Assembly (NCBI RefSeq): GCF_046119375.1
Contig: NW_027362765.1
Span: forward strand, 205,840,001-205,904,000
Reading direction: 5' to 3'
From: Phyllobates terribilis
Lineage: Eukaryota
DNA: 64,000 bases
Part shown: positions 49,478 through 60,848 of the stretch, piece by piece
Numbering within the stretch: the stretch's first letter is position 1
Layout: each line of letters opens with the position of its first letter
Translations under genes and position numbers: made by a program
The notes under the pieces: model-generated
What the model was told of the DNA's origin: nothing
Database searches by the model: none
Seen by the model: only the letters and a program-made list of their open reading frames with translations

Positions 49478-51594
49478 TGTTATGCACACGCCCGGACTGA
49501 CTGGCGTGTGCGTGTTTATGTAGTGATTCCACTGTGCCATGAACCGGAGAGTGCCTGGAGGGGCGTAACTAAGTATCTGCCCGATCCGACCAAGGTGGCA
49601 CGACGGCATACGACGCCAGTGCACCAAGGAGGAACCGAGCAGAGAGACCAGGTGCTACTCCAGGACAGACCCCGGACACGGCTGTTGACCCACACAGGGG
49701 AATACAGGAACAGACTGGTAGGCTGGCACAACTGGTATGCAGGCAGGCGGGTATGCAGGCAGGGGGGTACAGGCAAGCACAGCTAGAGTGCAGACAGGGA
49801 GGCACTAGCAGGTAGGAACACAGGCGGGATAGGACCCAGTACACACTGGGACTCAGGAACAATACAGGCAGAGGGGTACAGGCAAGCACAGCTAGAGTGC
49901 AGACAGGGAGGCACTAGCAGGTAGGGACACTGGCGGGATAGGACCCAGTACACACTGGGACTCGGGAACAGAACCACAGATGTGGCGGACAAACACAGCA
50001 GAGTGAGGCCGCCCAGAGAGGTGAGCGAGAACAGGGCAGGACAAAGCCGCCTGGAGCGGTGAGCAAGAGTAGAGCAGGACAAGGCCGCCAGGAGCGGTGA
50101 GCAAAGGGTCAGAGCTGAGCGAGACTGCCGGAGCAGTGAGCAAGAGTGGAGCAAGACGAGACCGCCTGGAGCGGTGAGCAAGAGTGGAGCAAGACTGCCG
50201 GAGCAGTGAGCAAAAGGATAACAGCGGAGCGAGACTGCCGGAGCAGTGAGCAAAAGGGTCAGAGCGGAGCAAGGCTGCCGGAGCAGCGAGCAAAGGAGTC
50301 AGAGCAGGCTAGAACCGCCAGAGCGGTAAGCAAAGGAGTCAGAGCAGGCTAGAACCGCCGGAGCGGTGAGCAAAGGAGTCAGAGCAGGCTAGAACCGCCG
50401 GAGCGGTGAGCAAAGGAGTCAGAGCAGGCTAGAACCGCCGGAGCGGTGAGCAAAGGAGTCAGAGCAGGCTAGAACCGCCGGAGCGGTGAGCAAAGGAGTC
50501 AGAGCAGGCAAGGCTGAGCAGGGGGGACAGGGCTCTGTTCACACGGAACAGACAGGAAGGGAAAGGCAGAGCCAGATACCCACAGGGTACTTGCAGTGAA
50601 GTAGCGAGTGGACCACAAACTCACAAACGGGAGTACAGAGACAACAAGCAGGAGTTAGGTACGAGTTCAGACTCTGCAGAAAAAGGAAGGGAATGGACAT
50701 AGAGGCAAAACAGGTAAAGGATAGGAGAGAGTTCAGACTGGAACTGAGTGTATGGAGGAGACCGACACTGCAGCGGAATACAGGAGCGGGTCTGGGAATA
50801 CGGCCCCCAGAGAGGCAGGATGAACAGGCAAGGAGCGTGTTCAGACAGGACAGACAAGATACAGGAGCGGGTCTAGGTAATCGGCCCCTAGAAGGCAGGA
50901 GGAACAGGCTAGGAGCGTGTTCAGACAGGACAGACAAGATACCGGAGCGGGTCTAGGTAATCGGCCCCTAGAAGGCGGGAGGAACAGGCTAGGAGCGTGT
51001 TCAGACAGGACAGACAAGATACCGGAGCGGGTCTAGATAATCGGCCCCTAGAAGGCGGGAGGAACAGGCTAGGAGCGTGTTCAGACAGGCCTGGAAATAC
51101 AGCCTCCAGGATAGGCAGACAAGAGAACACAGACAGGACTCAGTTCAGACACGGGAACTGATACCGCAAGGCAGGAGACATAGACAGGACTCAGTTCAGA
51201 CACGGGAACTGAAACCGCAAGGCAGGAGACAGACAGGACTCAGTTCAGACACGGGAACAGATACCGCAAAGCAGGAGACAAAGAACGGGACCTGGCACCT
51301 TCAGAGTGCAAGCACACACTGAAAGAAACACTATGCTCAGGCAGGGATAGATGGGAGCAGCTGAGCTATATACCAGGTGACAGACAGCAATAGGCTGAGG
51401 ACGCACAAGGGGTGTGACCCACAGCAGGTACAAAAAGCAGGAAGTGATCGGGCGCCGCCCTTAAGCAGCAGAAGCAGACACAAACAGACAGCATGGAGGG
51501 AAGCCAGAGAGACATTCTGGACAGGAGAACAAGTGCGCGCTCTTGCACAGTGGGAGATGAACCACCATGCAAGGACGCCGCCAGGTATGTTACA
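49478..51594 (-). repeat. 5' LTR (2117 bp)
   Basis: Differs from the 3' LTR by one extra 40-mer, one extra 80-mer and about 8 substitutions (manual count). Confidence 0.95.
51367..51372 (-). promoter_or_regulatory. Putative LTR TATA box (predicted TSS near 51342)
   Basis: TATATA lies ~220 bp inside the LTR start on the minus strand, 30 nt upstream of the PBS-complementary segment. Confidence 0.6.
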
Positions 51595-52517
51595 ATAAGC
51601 AAGAAAAATAAATCTCTCTTTTAATTCCCTCTTTCTGAATTGATTTTTATTGGAATGTTTTTATAACTTTGTCTTCATAAATTACAACACCAGTGTTGAC
51701 TTGTTTTTGAGCAATCTATAAAATCAGACGTAACTTTCTTTACAAAGTCCAGAGACCGTAACAATACCAGTAAAGAAGAATTTTACATCATTATAAAATG
51801 TTACATTCAGTTTTAAAAAATATATATATATTTTTCACATTAAGTTTGTTAATTAGGTGCATTACTCCATAGTCTGTGATATTCTGCCTTTTTGTTACAT
51901 TGAAACATGGCTGCCTTTGAATACAATGGGCATCATTCAGATGACCCATGGATGAGATCCAAATTCTATTTGTTTGAGGGTTTTTTGTTACAGATCTATT
52001 AATTTGAATTGGCAATTTTGATCATAAAATTGAATCAAACACAGAAATGTTTCCATTAGTTTCCCCATAGGCTATAGACTATAATTGGTATGTTTTCTAT
52101 CCATGATAGAACATGTATGTAAAAATGGACATCTGAATTAGACCTTACATTGGTAACATGAAGCTGTATGGAAGGGAGGGAGAGCAGGGGAAGACATAAT
52201 ATATATGCTAATCACTGGGGGATTGCTGGAGAAAAATATACTGCTGTCGAACAGGGGACCTCTGATGACTGTGTCCCACGCTGAAGGGAGGTGAACAGAT
52301 TGAACTAGACTTTCCTTCAGTAAGGATATGTTTCAGTTTTCTGCTCAAGTCCTTTATCTAAATACTTTGGTATTGCAGAGTAACTTCTTGGCACACCCAG
52401 CACTAATGGTGCACACAGGTACACATCTGGACCCAGGGCTGCATTGTCTACATGGAGGTGACTTGAAGGCAGCATCATATTTAAAACCAAAGCATTAGAA
52501 AGCAATTTTATTATTAA

Positions 52518-52915
52518 AGGGATATTCCCAAAAAAACAAGACATTCCCTATCCACAGGATATAGGATAACTTTCTGATCGCTGTGGGTCCAGCCGATCTT
52601 AAGATCAGGGCTTTTGAACAATGAGTAGAGGTCTTTGAAGTCCTATCCTGAGGTGCCCATGCTCGGCCTCTGCTCCATTTACTGTCTGTGGGACTGCCGA
52701 GTATGGTGTACAGTTATTTCCGGCATTCCCCTAGACAACGAATGGAACGGAGGCCACATGAGCACCTCCACTCCATTCAGGACTGAGCTGCAAATCCTGG
52801 TTCCTGGGGTTCCCGAGCCCTGATCTTAGGTGGTGCCATCTGTCGAACCCACAGCGATCAGCAAGTTAGTCCTTATATTTTGGATAGCGGATAAATTGAT
52901 TATTTGGGAATAATC
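52518..52915. mobile_element. T2-type MITE
   Basis: TTAA|AGGGATATTCCCA...ctgatcgctgtggg / cccacagcgatcag...tgggaata inverted arms. Confidence 0.65.
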
Positions 52916-53156
52916 ATTTTTCACAATACCAAAAAAATATTGAATCCCAGAGTACCCCTTAATCTTTGGTAGATAATAGGCCAAGGAACGGTTTTACATT
53001 TTGTATGCGTTACACCACATTGTAAAAGAGAGACCAACTTAAAGCTGAAGATGATGTTGAAAATGTTTTTCGTTTTTTCTCAGTAAACATGCTTAGATGG
53101 TGATTACTACACTGTAAAACCAATATCTAAAACCAGAATCTCTTGCTTCCTTTAAG

Positions 53157-53193
53157 TACTCTGCCAGGAGACAAGTCTCTCTACCTCACCTAG
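53157..53193 (+). CDS. TOX2: TOX2 terminal coding exon 9 (37 bp including TAG)
   Basis: tttaag|T ACT CTG CCA GGA GAC AAG TCT CTC TAC CTC ACC TAG. With the phase-2 AG from exon 8 this gives STLPGDKSLYLT*, matching the TOX2 C-terminal DKSLYLT. Confidence 0.93.
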
Positions 53194-54125
53194 AACCACA
53201 AGCAAATTTGTAAATGGAGGCTGAAGGAATGGACATTTCAGAGAGTCTACAGCACTGGACATCTAGAACAAGGATGGCACAGTCACCAAGAAAAGCAAAC
53301 TTAAGTGGTCTGTTCTTAGCAAGCTTTAAAGAATTGGCTTGGTTTGCAGAAATAAACTTGGTGAAGGCAAGAAACCAAGCTCCCATAACTTCTAAAGAAC
53401 AAAAGAGACACCTCTTGTGGCCACCATATTTGCTATGGAAAGCATGGGGATGAGTTCATCCGGGCATATAAAATATGTAAAGAGGTTTGTTAATATTGTA
53501 TATTTGAAATGACCCCACCCCTCCCACCGAAACCAAACAATACTTCTTATAAGTGGGAAAACAACAAATACCTACATGAAATGTGCAAATATACAAAAAA
53601 AAAATCATGGAAATGTGATAAAAAAAAAAATAAAAGTATGAAAAATATAATTTGTTGAATAGTTGTAAGTAGATTTATCATGTGGTTTAGGACTGTGCTC
53701 AAGACATCTTTACAATTTTCTTTGTGTATAGAAATAAAAAGTAGCTTACTTTATAGTAAAAGCATTTTATATTAATTGTAGCACATTTTTTAGTTATACA
53801 TAGGATGTGTAAAATACTGCCAAATTTTTGTTCTTTTTTTTTTTTTTTTTTTTTTCATTTTTTAATTTTTACAGTATGAAAATAATTTCTATCTGTGTGG
53901 AGTCATGAACTTATTCTATTTTTTTTTCAGTCATAATTTCACCTTATTCTAAATTGTTGACAATAATTTTATTTATGAGAAGAAAAAGATACAAAGCGGA
54001 TTTCTGATTTAATAATAAAACTGCTTTTTTATGTTTCGATCTGCGCTGAATTCATGTGCAGTCAGAATATTCATTTTGTTTCACAACTGCTTATTTGACT
54101 TTTCTTTTTAATAAAAACATTTGAA
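53194..54125 (+). other. TOX2: Probable TOX2 3' UTR with candidate AATAAA signals (53629, 53733, 54014, ~54110)
   Basis: AU-rich, TE-free stretch after the stop codon. The true cleavage site cannot be determined from sequence alone. Confidence 0.6.
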
Positions 54126-54196
54126 AAATGGGAACGAAATTGCGTTTGTTTCTGTTTCTTTAAGTAAGATAATGTATTTTGAGATCTAATGCTTAA

Positions 54197-54547
54197 GGTA
54201 TGTGCCCACAATCAGTATTTGCAGCGTTTTGGACGCAGCTCACCTGCGCTGCTTCCAAAATGCTGCGTTGTACAGTAGAACCACAGTGGATGGGATTTAT
54301 AGAAATCCCATGCCCACTGTGCTTCTATTTCGACGCCGTGTAAACTCACTGACTGCTCGGCTTTACGAGCCGCAGCATGTCAATTTCTGTTGCGAAGACA
54401 TTAGTCTCCGCAACAGAAATTTCCCCAATTGAATGCATAGGGTGCGGTAACTCCGCATGTGTTCAATGAATTTACCTGCGCGATCGGACGCAGCGAAAAT
54501 ACGCTGCGTCCAAAGCACTGCTATTGCCTGATCGTGGACACATAGCC
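54197..54547. mobile_element. Harbinger-like MITE (~350 bp)
   Basis: TAA/TTA flanks; GGTATGTGCCCACAATCAG ... CTGATCGTGGACACATAGCC. Confidence 0.7.
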
Positions 54548-54692
54548 TTATGGGATGAACACTTTTTAGAGAAAATCTATGTGACTATCCTTATAGGCTG
54601 ATTTGTAGATGCATGCAAGGTTGGATTGTCCCACCAAATTACCAGAGGACCCTCCAGTGGGCTCAGGCTCTGATACAATAATGGGTTCTTAA

Positions 54693-55097
54693 AGGCAATC
54701 TGTCAGCAGGTTTGTGTTATGTAATCCGAGAGCAGCGTAATATAGGACAAGATAGCCTGATTCCAGGGATGTATGACTTACTGGCCTGCTTGGTGCAATT
54801 TTGATAGAATCCCTGTTTTCTCTGCTGTGGACGTAGCAGTCGTCATAATGCTAAGCTGTATATAACCCCACCCACATCCCTGATTGGCAGCTTTATGTGA
54901 ACACTGTATATTGTCAGCAAGCTGCCAATCAGTGGTGAGGGAGTGGTTACAGTGATAATCTCCTGCTTATAAAACATTGATTGTATTGAAACTACAGCAC
55001 ATATCCTAATAAGTGACACATCTCTGGAATCAGGTTCTCCTGCCCTATATTATGCTGTTGTCAGACTAAATAGCAAAAACCTGCTAACAGATTCCCT
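54693..55097. mobile_element. T2-type MITE, family B
   Basis: TTAA|AGGCAATCTGTCAGCAGGTT ... AACCTGCTAACAGATTCCCT|TTAA. Confidence 0.8.
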
Positions 55098-55903
55098 TTA
55101 AGAAAAGTCAAAGACAAATCTATTTAGAGTTAACTTTGGAGCCAAACACCTACCTCTTCAGTCTATCTTTTGAGTTGACCTACACATAACCTATTAAATC
55201 TCATTGACAATAAGTTCTGTGTGTTCAATGATCACAGCAAAATAGCCTGTGCATGTTCTTTAGACGGAGATGGAGAGTGTTCACTTTTTTTTTATAAAGC
55301 CCAGGAACCTTAAGCATGCCATACACTTCAGATGACTATTGGTCAAATGATACTTTTGCTGATCATTTGTCTGACAGCTATCTTGGCTTGTTCTCCCGTA
55401 CACAGAAGCACTCACTCGGCCGAGTGCTCCTGTGTTCTATATGAGAAAGCTGCCTAAAGGTATCTCTGCTGGTTGCTTATCTCCAGGAGAACAAAGTGAT
55501 CAGCTATCTGAAATCGGACATGCTTGATCAACATCTTCCCCAACGATCAGTTGGCTGGCGCCCCATACACCGAGTATCAGCGGATTTGGCCAACATTAGT
55601 CTAATTTGTATTCTTTAGGCCAACATTAGATTCAAACTGTACTTGTAGTAGTCACGTCTTACATTCATATTGTAAACTATATGGACTTTAGGAACCAGAT
55701 CTTCAAGGCACAACCTCTGATTGCATATGTATGTAGGCTGCTATGCAAACATTATATGCATACCGCTCTTTTCAGAATATAGCATGCACTTTTTAGCTAT
55801 ATAAAATAGTGCCAAAAGTGTGTGCAGTCATGAAGGTCAAATAGTGCCAGACCTACCTTACTGCTTCCTTAATCATCATTGAGATTCATATAGCGCTCAC
55901 TCT

Positions 55904-56094
55904 GGCCATGTTCACATGTTCAGTATGTGGTCAGTATTTTACCTCGTATTTGTAAGCCAAAACCGGAGTGGAACAATTAGTGGAAAGGTGTAATAGAAAC
56001 ACGTCACCACTTCTGCATTTATCACCCCCTCCTAGGTTTGACTTTCAAATATTGATGTAAAAACTCAGCAAATATTCAATGTGTGAACATGGCC
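55904..56094 (-). mobile_element. ~200-bp MITE, family A
   Basis: GGCCATGTTCACA ... TGTGAACATGGCC. Confidence 0.75.
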
Positions 56095-57329
56095 TTATAC
56101 TACTGAATAACACATGAAGAAACAAGAATCCAATATATCTAGATTCATAACAAGCAACTACGTTTTCTATACCATTGGCGCAGTCATTACATCGTCCTAC
56201 AGAATAGCAGACGTTCATGCACAAGTTCAGACCACTATAAGTGACTAAATACTGAACGTGTGAACGTGATCTTTCACTGAGAGAACTGTGCAGCTCCTCA
56301 GTTCTCTCCCTGCTGACACCCATCTGTGCTATCAGTGCTAAGCAGGAAAGACTGAACTAGACCAGCATGCTAGCAGCTTAGGGAAAGCTTATGTCCACAT
56401 GAAGGTCAAATAGAAGGAATACTTGGTGCATGGACTCAAGAAAAATAAAATTGTAGGCAATAAGTTTATTTACATGCAGTAGAAGATACTTGGTCTTCTG
56501 CACTTCCATGTGCTGCTTTGACTGCACTATATAGGATACGCATATGATGCAATGCTTGTTTGGCCAGATTTATGTGTGCTCATGAAAGGCACAGTAATCA
56601 ATATAGCACAGCACTGCTTGATATAGTCTCCAATAGCCATCCTTTATAGTGTGTGGGCTGGAACAGCATCTATTAAAATGTACAACTGGCTAAATTGTGT
56701 ACACAATGTTTATATGGCACAAATGAAAAGCATTACCAATGTAATGCACCAAGCACATAGTTGATTGCACAATAAGTCAAAGAATTTTCGTTTGATAATT
56801 GTAAACAATGTTGCTCTTCCTGACACACCAACACATGCAGGGAAGTGTTCACTTTGCAGCTAGCTAAAAGGGTTTTCCTGGTCAAACATATGGTCGGCAA
56901 CCATTCTCTGTGCAAAAGCTTCACCAATTAGGGAAGACAGACTTGCCTGTTAAAATACCAATTCCATCTACGCAAAACTTTCTTAACAATTGTTTTAAAA
57001 ATTGTAAATATTTAGAAATAAATTCACTTAATGAAGTTCAAAGAATTTTGGTTTGATAATTTACAACAATTTTGCCCTTTCTCACAATCCTGATTAGGTT
57101 GCTACTGGGAAAATTCACCTCAGATGCCGGCAAAATATTATATAATTTCACCCCAAATTAGAAAGAAGGTGACTTTATTGTACTGAAAAATTGCTACACG
57201 TAATATGATCAATTTAATTGTTGAAAAAATGTTGCATTTTGTGTCCAAACCTGGTAGGGATGACTTTATGATACAATAAATAATGGCAGCTAGATATCTT
57301 CCATTGAGCCTCAGCACATTTGGTTCTTT

Positions 57330-57761
57330 CGCGATAGGCTATACAATCCAGGTAGTGTGGCATCAATTTTGGTGAAGTTGGACACATGACAGTACAATTT
57401 CCATGTGTAGAAGAGACCTGGGATCAGATTTCGATCGAGACATACTTGAATCCGATCGAGAGCATGCCCAGAAGGATTCAGGTGGTATTGAAAGCCAAAG
57501 GTGGATTTACAAAATACTAATAAAATAATAAAAATTTTAATTTATATTTTTAGAAGCAAAACAGTAACAATGCAGTGACATGACAAGAACCTGCATAACT
57601 AATCATATGCTAAATAGTCGCAAGTCAAATTTATGTATGAGATCACCGGGGTGATTGTCTATACAATGATGGTAGTCCCACATTCAAAGCAGTAGTGGAT
57701 GTGAGATATGGAGCCTGAAAGTCAAAAGTTCAAACCATTGTTACCCTTTTGCTCATCAGTG
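57330..57761 (+). mobile_element. 3' remnant of a Tc1 element
   Basis: Reads VEETWDQIS..IESMPRRIQVVLKAKGGFTKY* (stop 57518-57520) and ends ...CCCTTTTGCTCATCAGTG|TA. Confidence 0.7.
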
Positions 57762-59018
57762 TATACTCTACAATGCCATTCACTTCCTGCTTGCTAAAGC
57801 GCTTGCCAGAGGCAAAGGAGGGAATATGTGAGTTGCATTTGATACTAGTACTGCCAGGATGGATGCTGCCAGCACTGATATTATTTTTTTTTCATATTGC
57901 CCTGCCACGTCCATCACCCGTGCCATGTTTGGGTTTATCATACATTTTGGACAAAAGTATAACTTTTAATTTGTTTATAAACTTTGTTAACAAACTTTAA
58001 AGTTCTCCCACCCTTGACAAATTAACTTAACCATAAATAAAGAATTCACTATGTAATTATATGTACAAAAAGTAATTTGCGGCAACGGCCAGCAGTTGAA
58101 CGTGACTAGTCAAACGGTTGCAAAACCTTAACCTCTTGTGTTTTTGTTTTTCATTTTTTTCTCTTAAATAACGACATTCAACCAAAATTAAAAGTAATTT
58201 AATGAAACCTAAAGTGCTAGGTTGCAAAGTTGCTACACGTAGGCTCACTATTGGTATCAAGCATGTGTCAACAACAGCAGTTTGGTTGTGGTGTGTACGA
58301 TATCTAGAGTCGACAATTAAAAAATAAGTAAGTTCCAAAAATAAAAAGGAGAACTGATATGTTAAAGGTGAAGAAAAAGAAAAGACCATGTGCCTTAATA
58401 AATAGGATGGGACTAGAAAATCCAGGAAGAATGAAGCATTGGAGCAATAAAGAGGGTTCAACAAGTTATTTAAAACAACGCATGCACTTTACTAGCTAAA
58501 CACTTAAATAAATAAAATCCACATGCCTTTACAAAATAGGATGGTACCAGAAAATCTAGATAGAATCACATCCCAACAGCAAGCACATGCAACTGGCTTC
58601 GGTATTTGGGTAGCGTGTGTACACATCTAATATTAGACTATTGGAGCAATGAAGTGGGCGCAAAATATTTTAAACAACACACACACTTTGGTAGGTAAAC
58701 ATGTGTGCTAAAGTTACAGAATTAAGGAGATTTCTCTTTAAAAAAAATGCCGCATCTCAAAACACAGTTATCGCACTTCCATGTAAACAAAAAAAACAAG
58801 CCTTGAATTCAGAATTTGGATTTAGTTGGACAATCTGCAACAAATAGTTTAATACTACCCCTGCTTGCTGGCACTATTTGAAAAAAACAACTATTAGGGT
58901 ACTGTTGCTGCAATATATTATAGATGTATTAATTCACAGTCTCATTCTGATTTGTGATGATGAGACGTTACAACAGTTCACGGTACATCACTTGAATCTT
59001 GGATTTCTATTCACAGAC

Positions 59019-59472
59019 TATGCAAATTGCCTCTTCAGAGAAAAACAGGACTTCTACTCTATAGCGCCACCCATTGGAAGCAGCAATCCTACAAGTCACA
59101 ATCAACCCTTTAACGAGTCGTACAATATGACTTAGGATAAAAGCCAAATTAGCATCTCAATTTGCAGACACGGTGTTTAGGGCTCTTGGCCCTACTCAGT
59201 GCAAAGTATGAGCACTGATTTGGCTAGATGAGAGGCTCTGGACTGAGGTCTAAGGGGTAACGTTTCTCCTTATGGAGAGTGACACACCAGCGCTGGCACA
59301 TCAAGGTAAGTAAGCTTATTCGCCATGCAATGCTCCTCTGGGAAATTTAATATGCAAATTGCCTCTTCAGAGAAAAGAGGACTTGTACTCTATAGCGCCA
59401 CCTATTGGAAGCAGCAATCCTACAAGTCACAATCAACCCTTTAACGAGTCGTGCAATATGACTTAGGATAAA
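59019..59472 (-). mobile_element. Retrozyme / Penelope-like pLTR-derived repeat: 332-bp monomer, ~1.4 copies
   Basis: 59019-59141 is directly repeated at 59351-59472 (period 332). It contains a hammerhead fold and octamers. Confidence 0.75.
59142..59225 (-). ncRNA. Minimal type I hammerhead ribozyme, core-mutated
   Basis: Minus strand: stem I uuugca - CUGAGUA - stem II GGGC/caaga/GCCC - UAAA - stem III CAC c GUG - UC^ugcaaa, with stem I extended by agccaaau/auuuggcu. Consensus G8 and G12 are both U. Confidence 0.75.
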
Positions 59473-59789
59473 GACTGAGACTACCACTTCCATTTTCAGT
59501 CTGTTACTTCAGCACTGAAGTAGTACACCACAATTGCATTAAGCTATTTTCTATCTCTTTTCTGAATGCACATGTTCCCCTGTTTCCGGAAAAACCTTAG
59601 ACAAAAAAGAGGCAAAGGCCGAGCATGCACACCTCTGCTACAATCAGGATGGGGCTGTAGAGCTTTGATCTCAGGATTCCAGAAGCCCGATTTCGGGAAT
59701 GCTCAGGATTCCAGTAGTCGACCACCAGCGTTTAGCAAGTCATTCTCTATCCCATGGATAAGGAATAGCTTGTGTTTTTGGGAATAACC

Positions 59790-60160
59790 CTTTACTGCAT
59801 TAATACATCAATAGGTCATCAATTTCTGATTGATGGGGGTGCTTCACCCGGCCGATCAGCTGTTCCCAGTGACAACAACGGATGGAACTGTTCAATTACG
59901 GAGCTGCAGAGCTCAGCTCCATTGACAGAATAGTGGCCAAGGATGGGTACGGCACTTCCACCCCCTATTTATTTGAATAGGGGGAAGATGTGTGGTCACT
60001 ATACAGTCAACAGAACTGTGCAGCTCTGTAACCGAACAGTTACGTCCGGCACCCGGAGCAGCGGATTGGCCGGGGAGCTACATATCACACGCCCATCGAT
60101 CAGACATTGACGATCTATCCTAAATATAGGCCATCAATGTTAAAGTCACTGACAACCCCT
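59790..60160. mobile_element. Degenerate T2-type MITE
   Basis: Ends ...GACAACCCCT|TTAA; internal inverted ggtcatcaat/attgacgatc motifs. Confidence 0.45.
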
Positions 60161-60794
60161 TTAAGTGATATATGTTAACAGCTTAGAATAGTGATATTGG
60201 AACAATAATAGCATTCGCTATGAAGTGGAAAATGATGATAAATACAATCATAATAATGTGTACAAGCCTTTCCAGCTTGTACAGATGCATCACATTCTTG
60301 TTAACTGACAGTAGAAAAAGTGCCTTATTTTTACTGTCTGTCCAGGATTTTCTTTGGCTGAGCATAACAAAAAGAAAGCTAAGGATAGAATCCCAGTCAT
60401 ATAAAGGCCTGTACTACGTTGACCAAGGTTTATCAGTTTTTCTCAGCTCCTTCGATATTGTAATTTTTTATTTCATCATGCATTTCTAATTTTTTGATAG
60501 TATTACATAATAAATGGTATTATATATTCAGTACTTGTTAGAAAATTATATTTTATTACTGCTGCTGAGTTTCCATTGTAACAGGCTGTGTTTTTAGTTC
60601 TTATTAAGATTCTTCTTTGACAGCAGTTCCCCAGTTTAGTGTGAATGAATATTGGAATCAGGATTCAGGAATATTCTGATAATACATGTGAAGTTTAATG
60701 ACAAATTTTTCAAAACTCAAAAAGTTGCCCTACAAAATCTTTTGGCAGACATGAGTTTGTGTAGTTTTAAACTCCAGTATACAAGATTTTATAA

Positions 60795-60848
60795 CAATGT
60801 GTAAAGCGGCATGGAATTAATGGCGCTATAATAATAAATAATAATAAT
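60795..60848 (+). mobile_element. Short LINE (L2-like) 3' tail
   Basis: tgtaaagcggcatggaattaatggcgcta followed by (TAA)n, resembling frog L2 3' ends from recall. Confidence 0.4.

Larger units (their letters stand above)
45471..51594 (-). mobile_element. Young non-autonomous Gypsy/chromovirus-derived LTR retrotransposon (6124 bp)
   Basis: 5-bp TSD ATAAG (45466-45470, 51595-51599), TG...CA termini, two ~2-kb near-identical LTRs, a PPT and a Gag-like ORF. No PR, RT or IN core. Confidence 0.95.

Noticed and set aside
33256-53193. Assignment as TOX, TOX3 or TOX4
   Set aside because: [43 protein letters not shown] and the C-terminal DKSLYLT match TOX2; there is no TOX3-type polyQ tail.
58050-58720. 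AT-rich region with a diverged internal duplication (~58385-58500 vs ~58520-58700)
   Set aside because: No termini, TSD or coding signal were found, so it cannot be classified.
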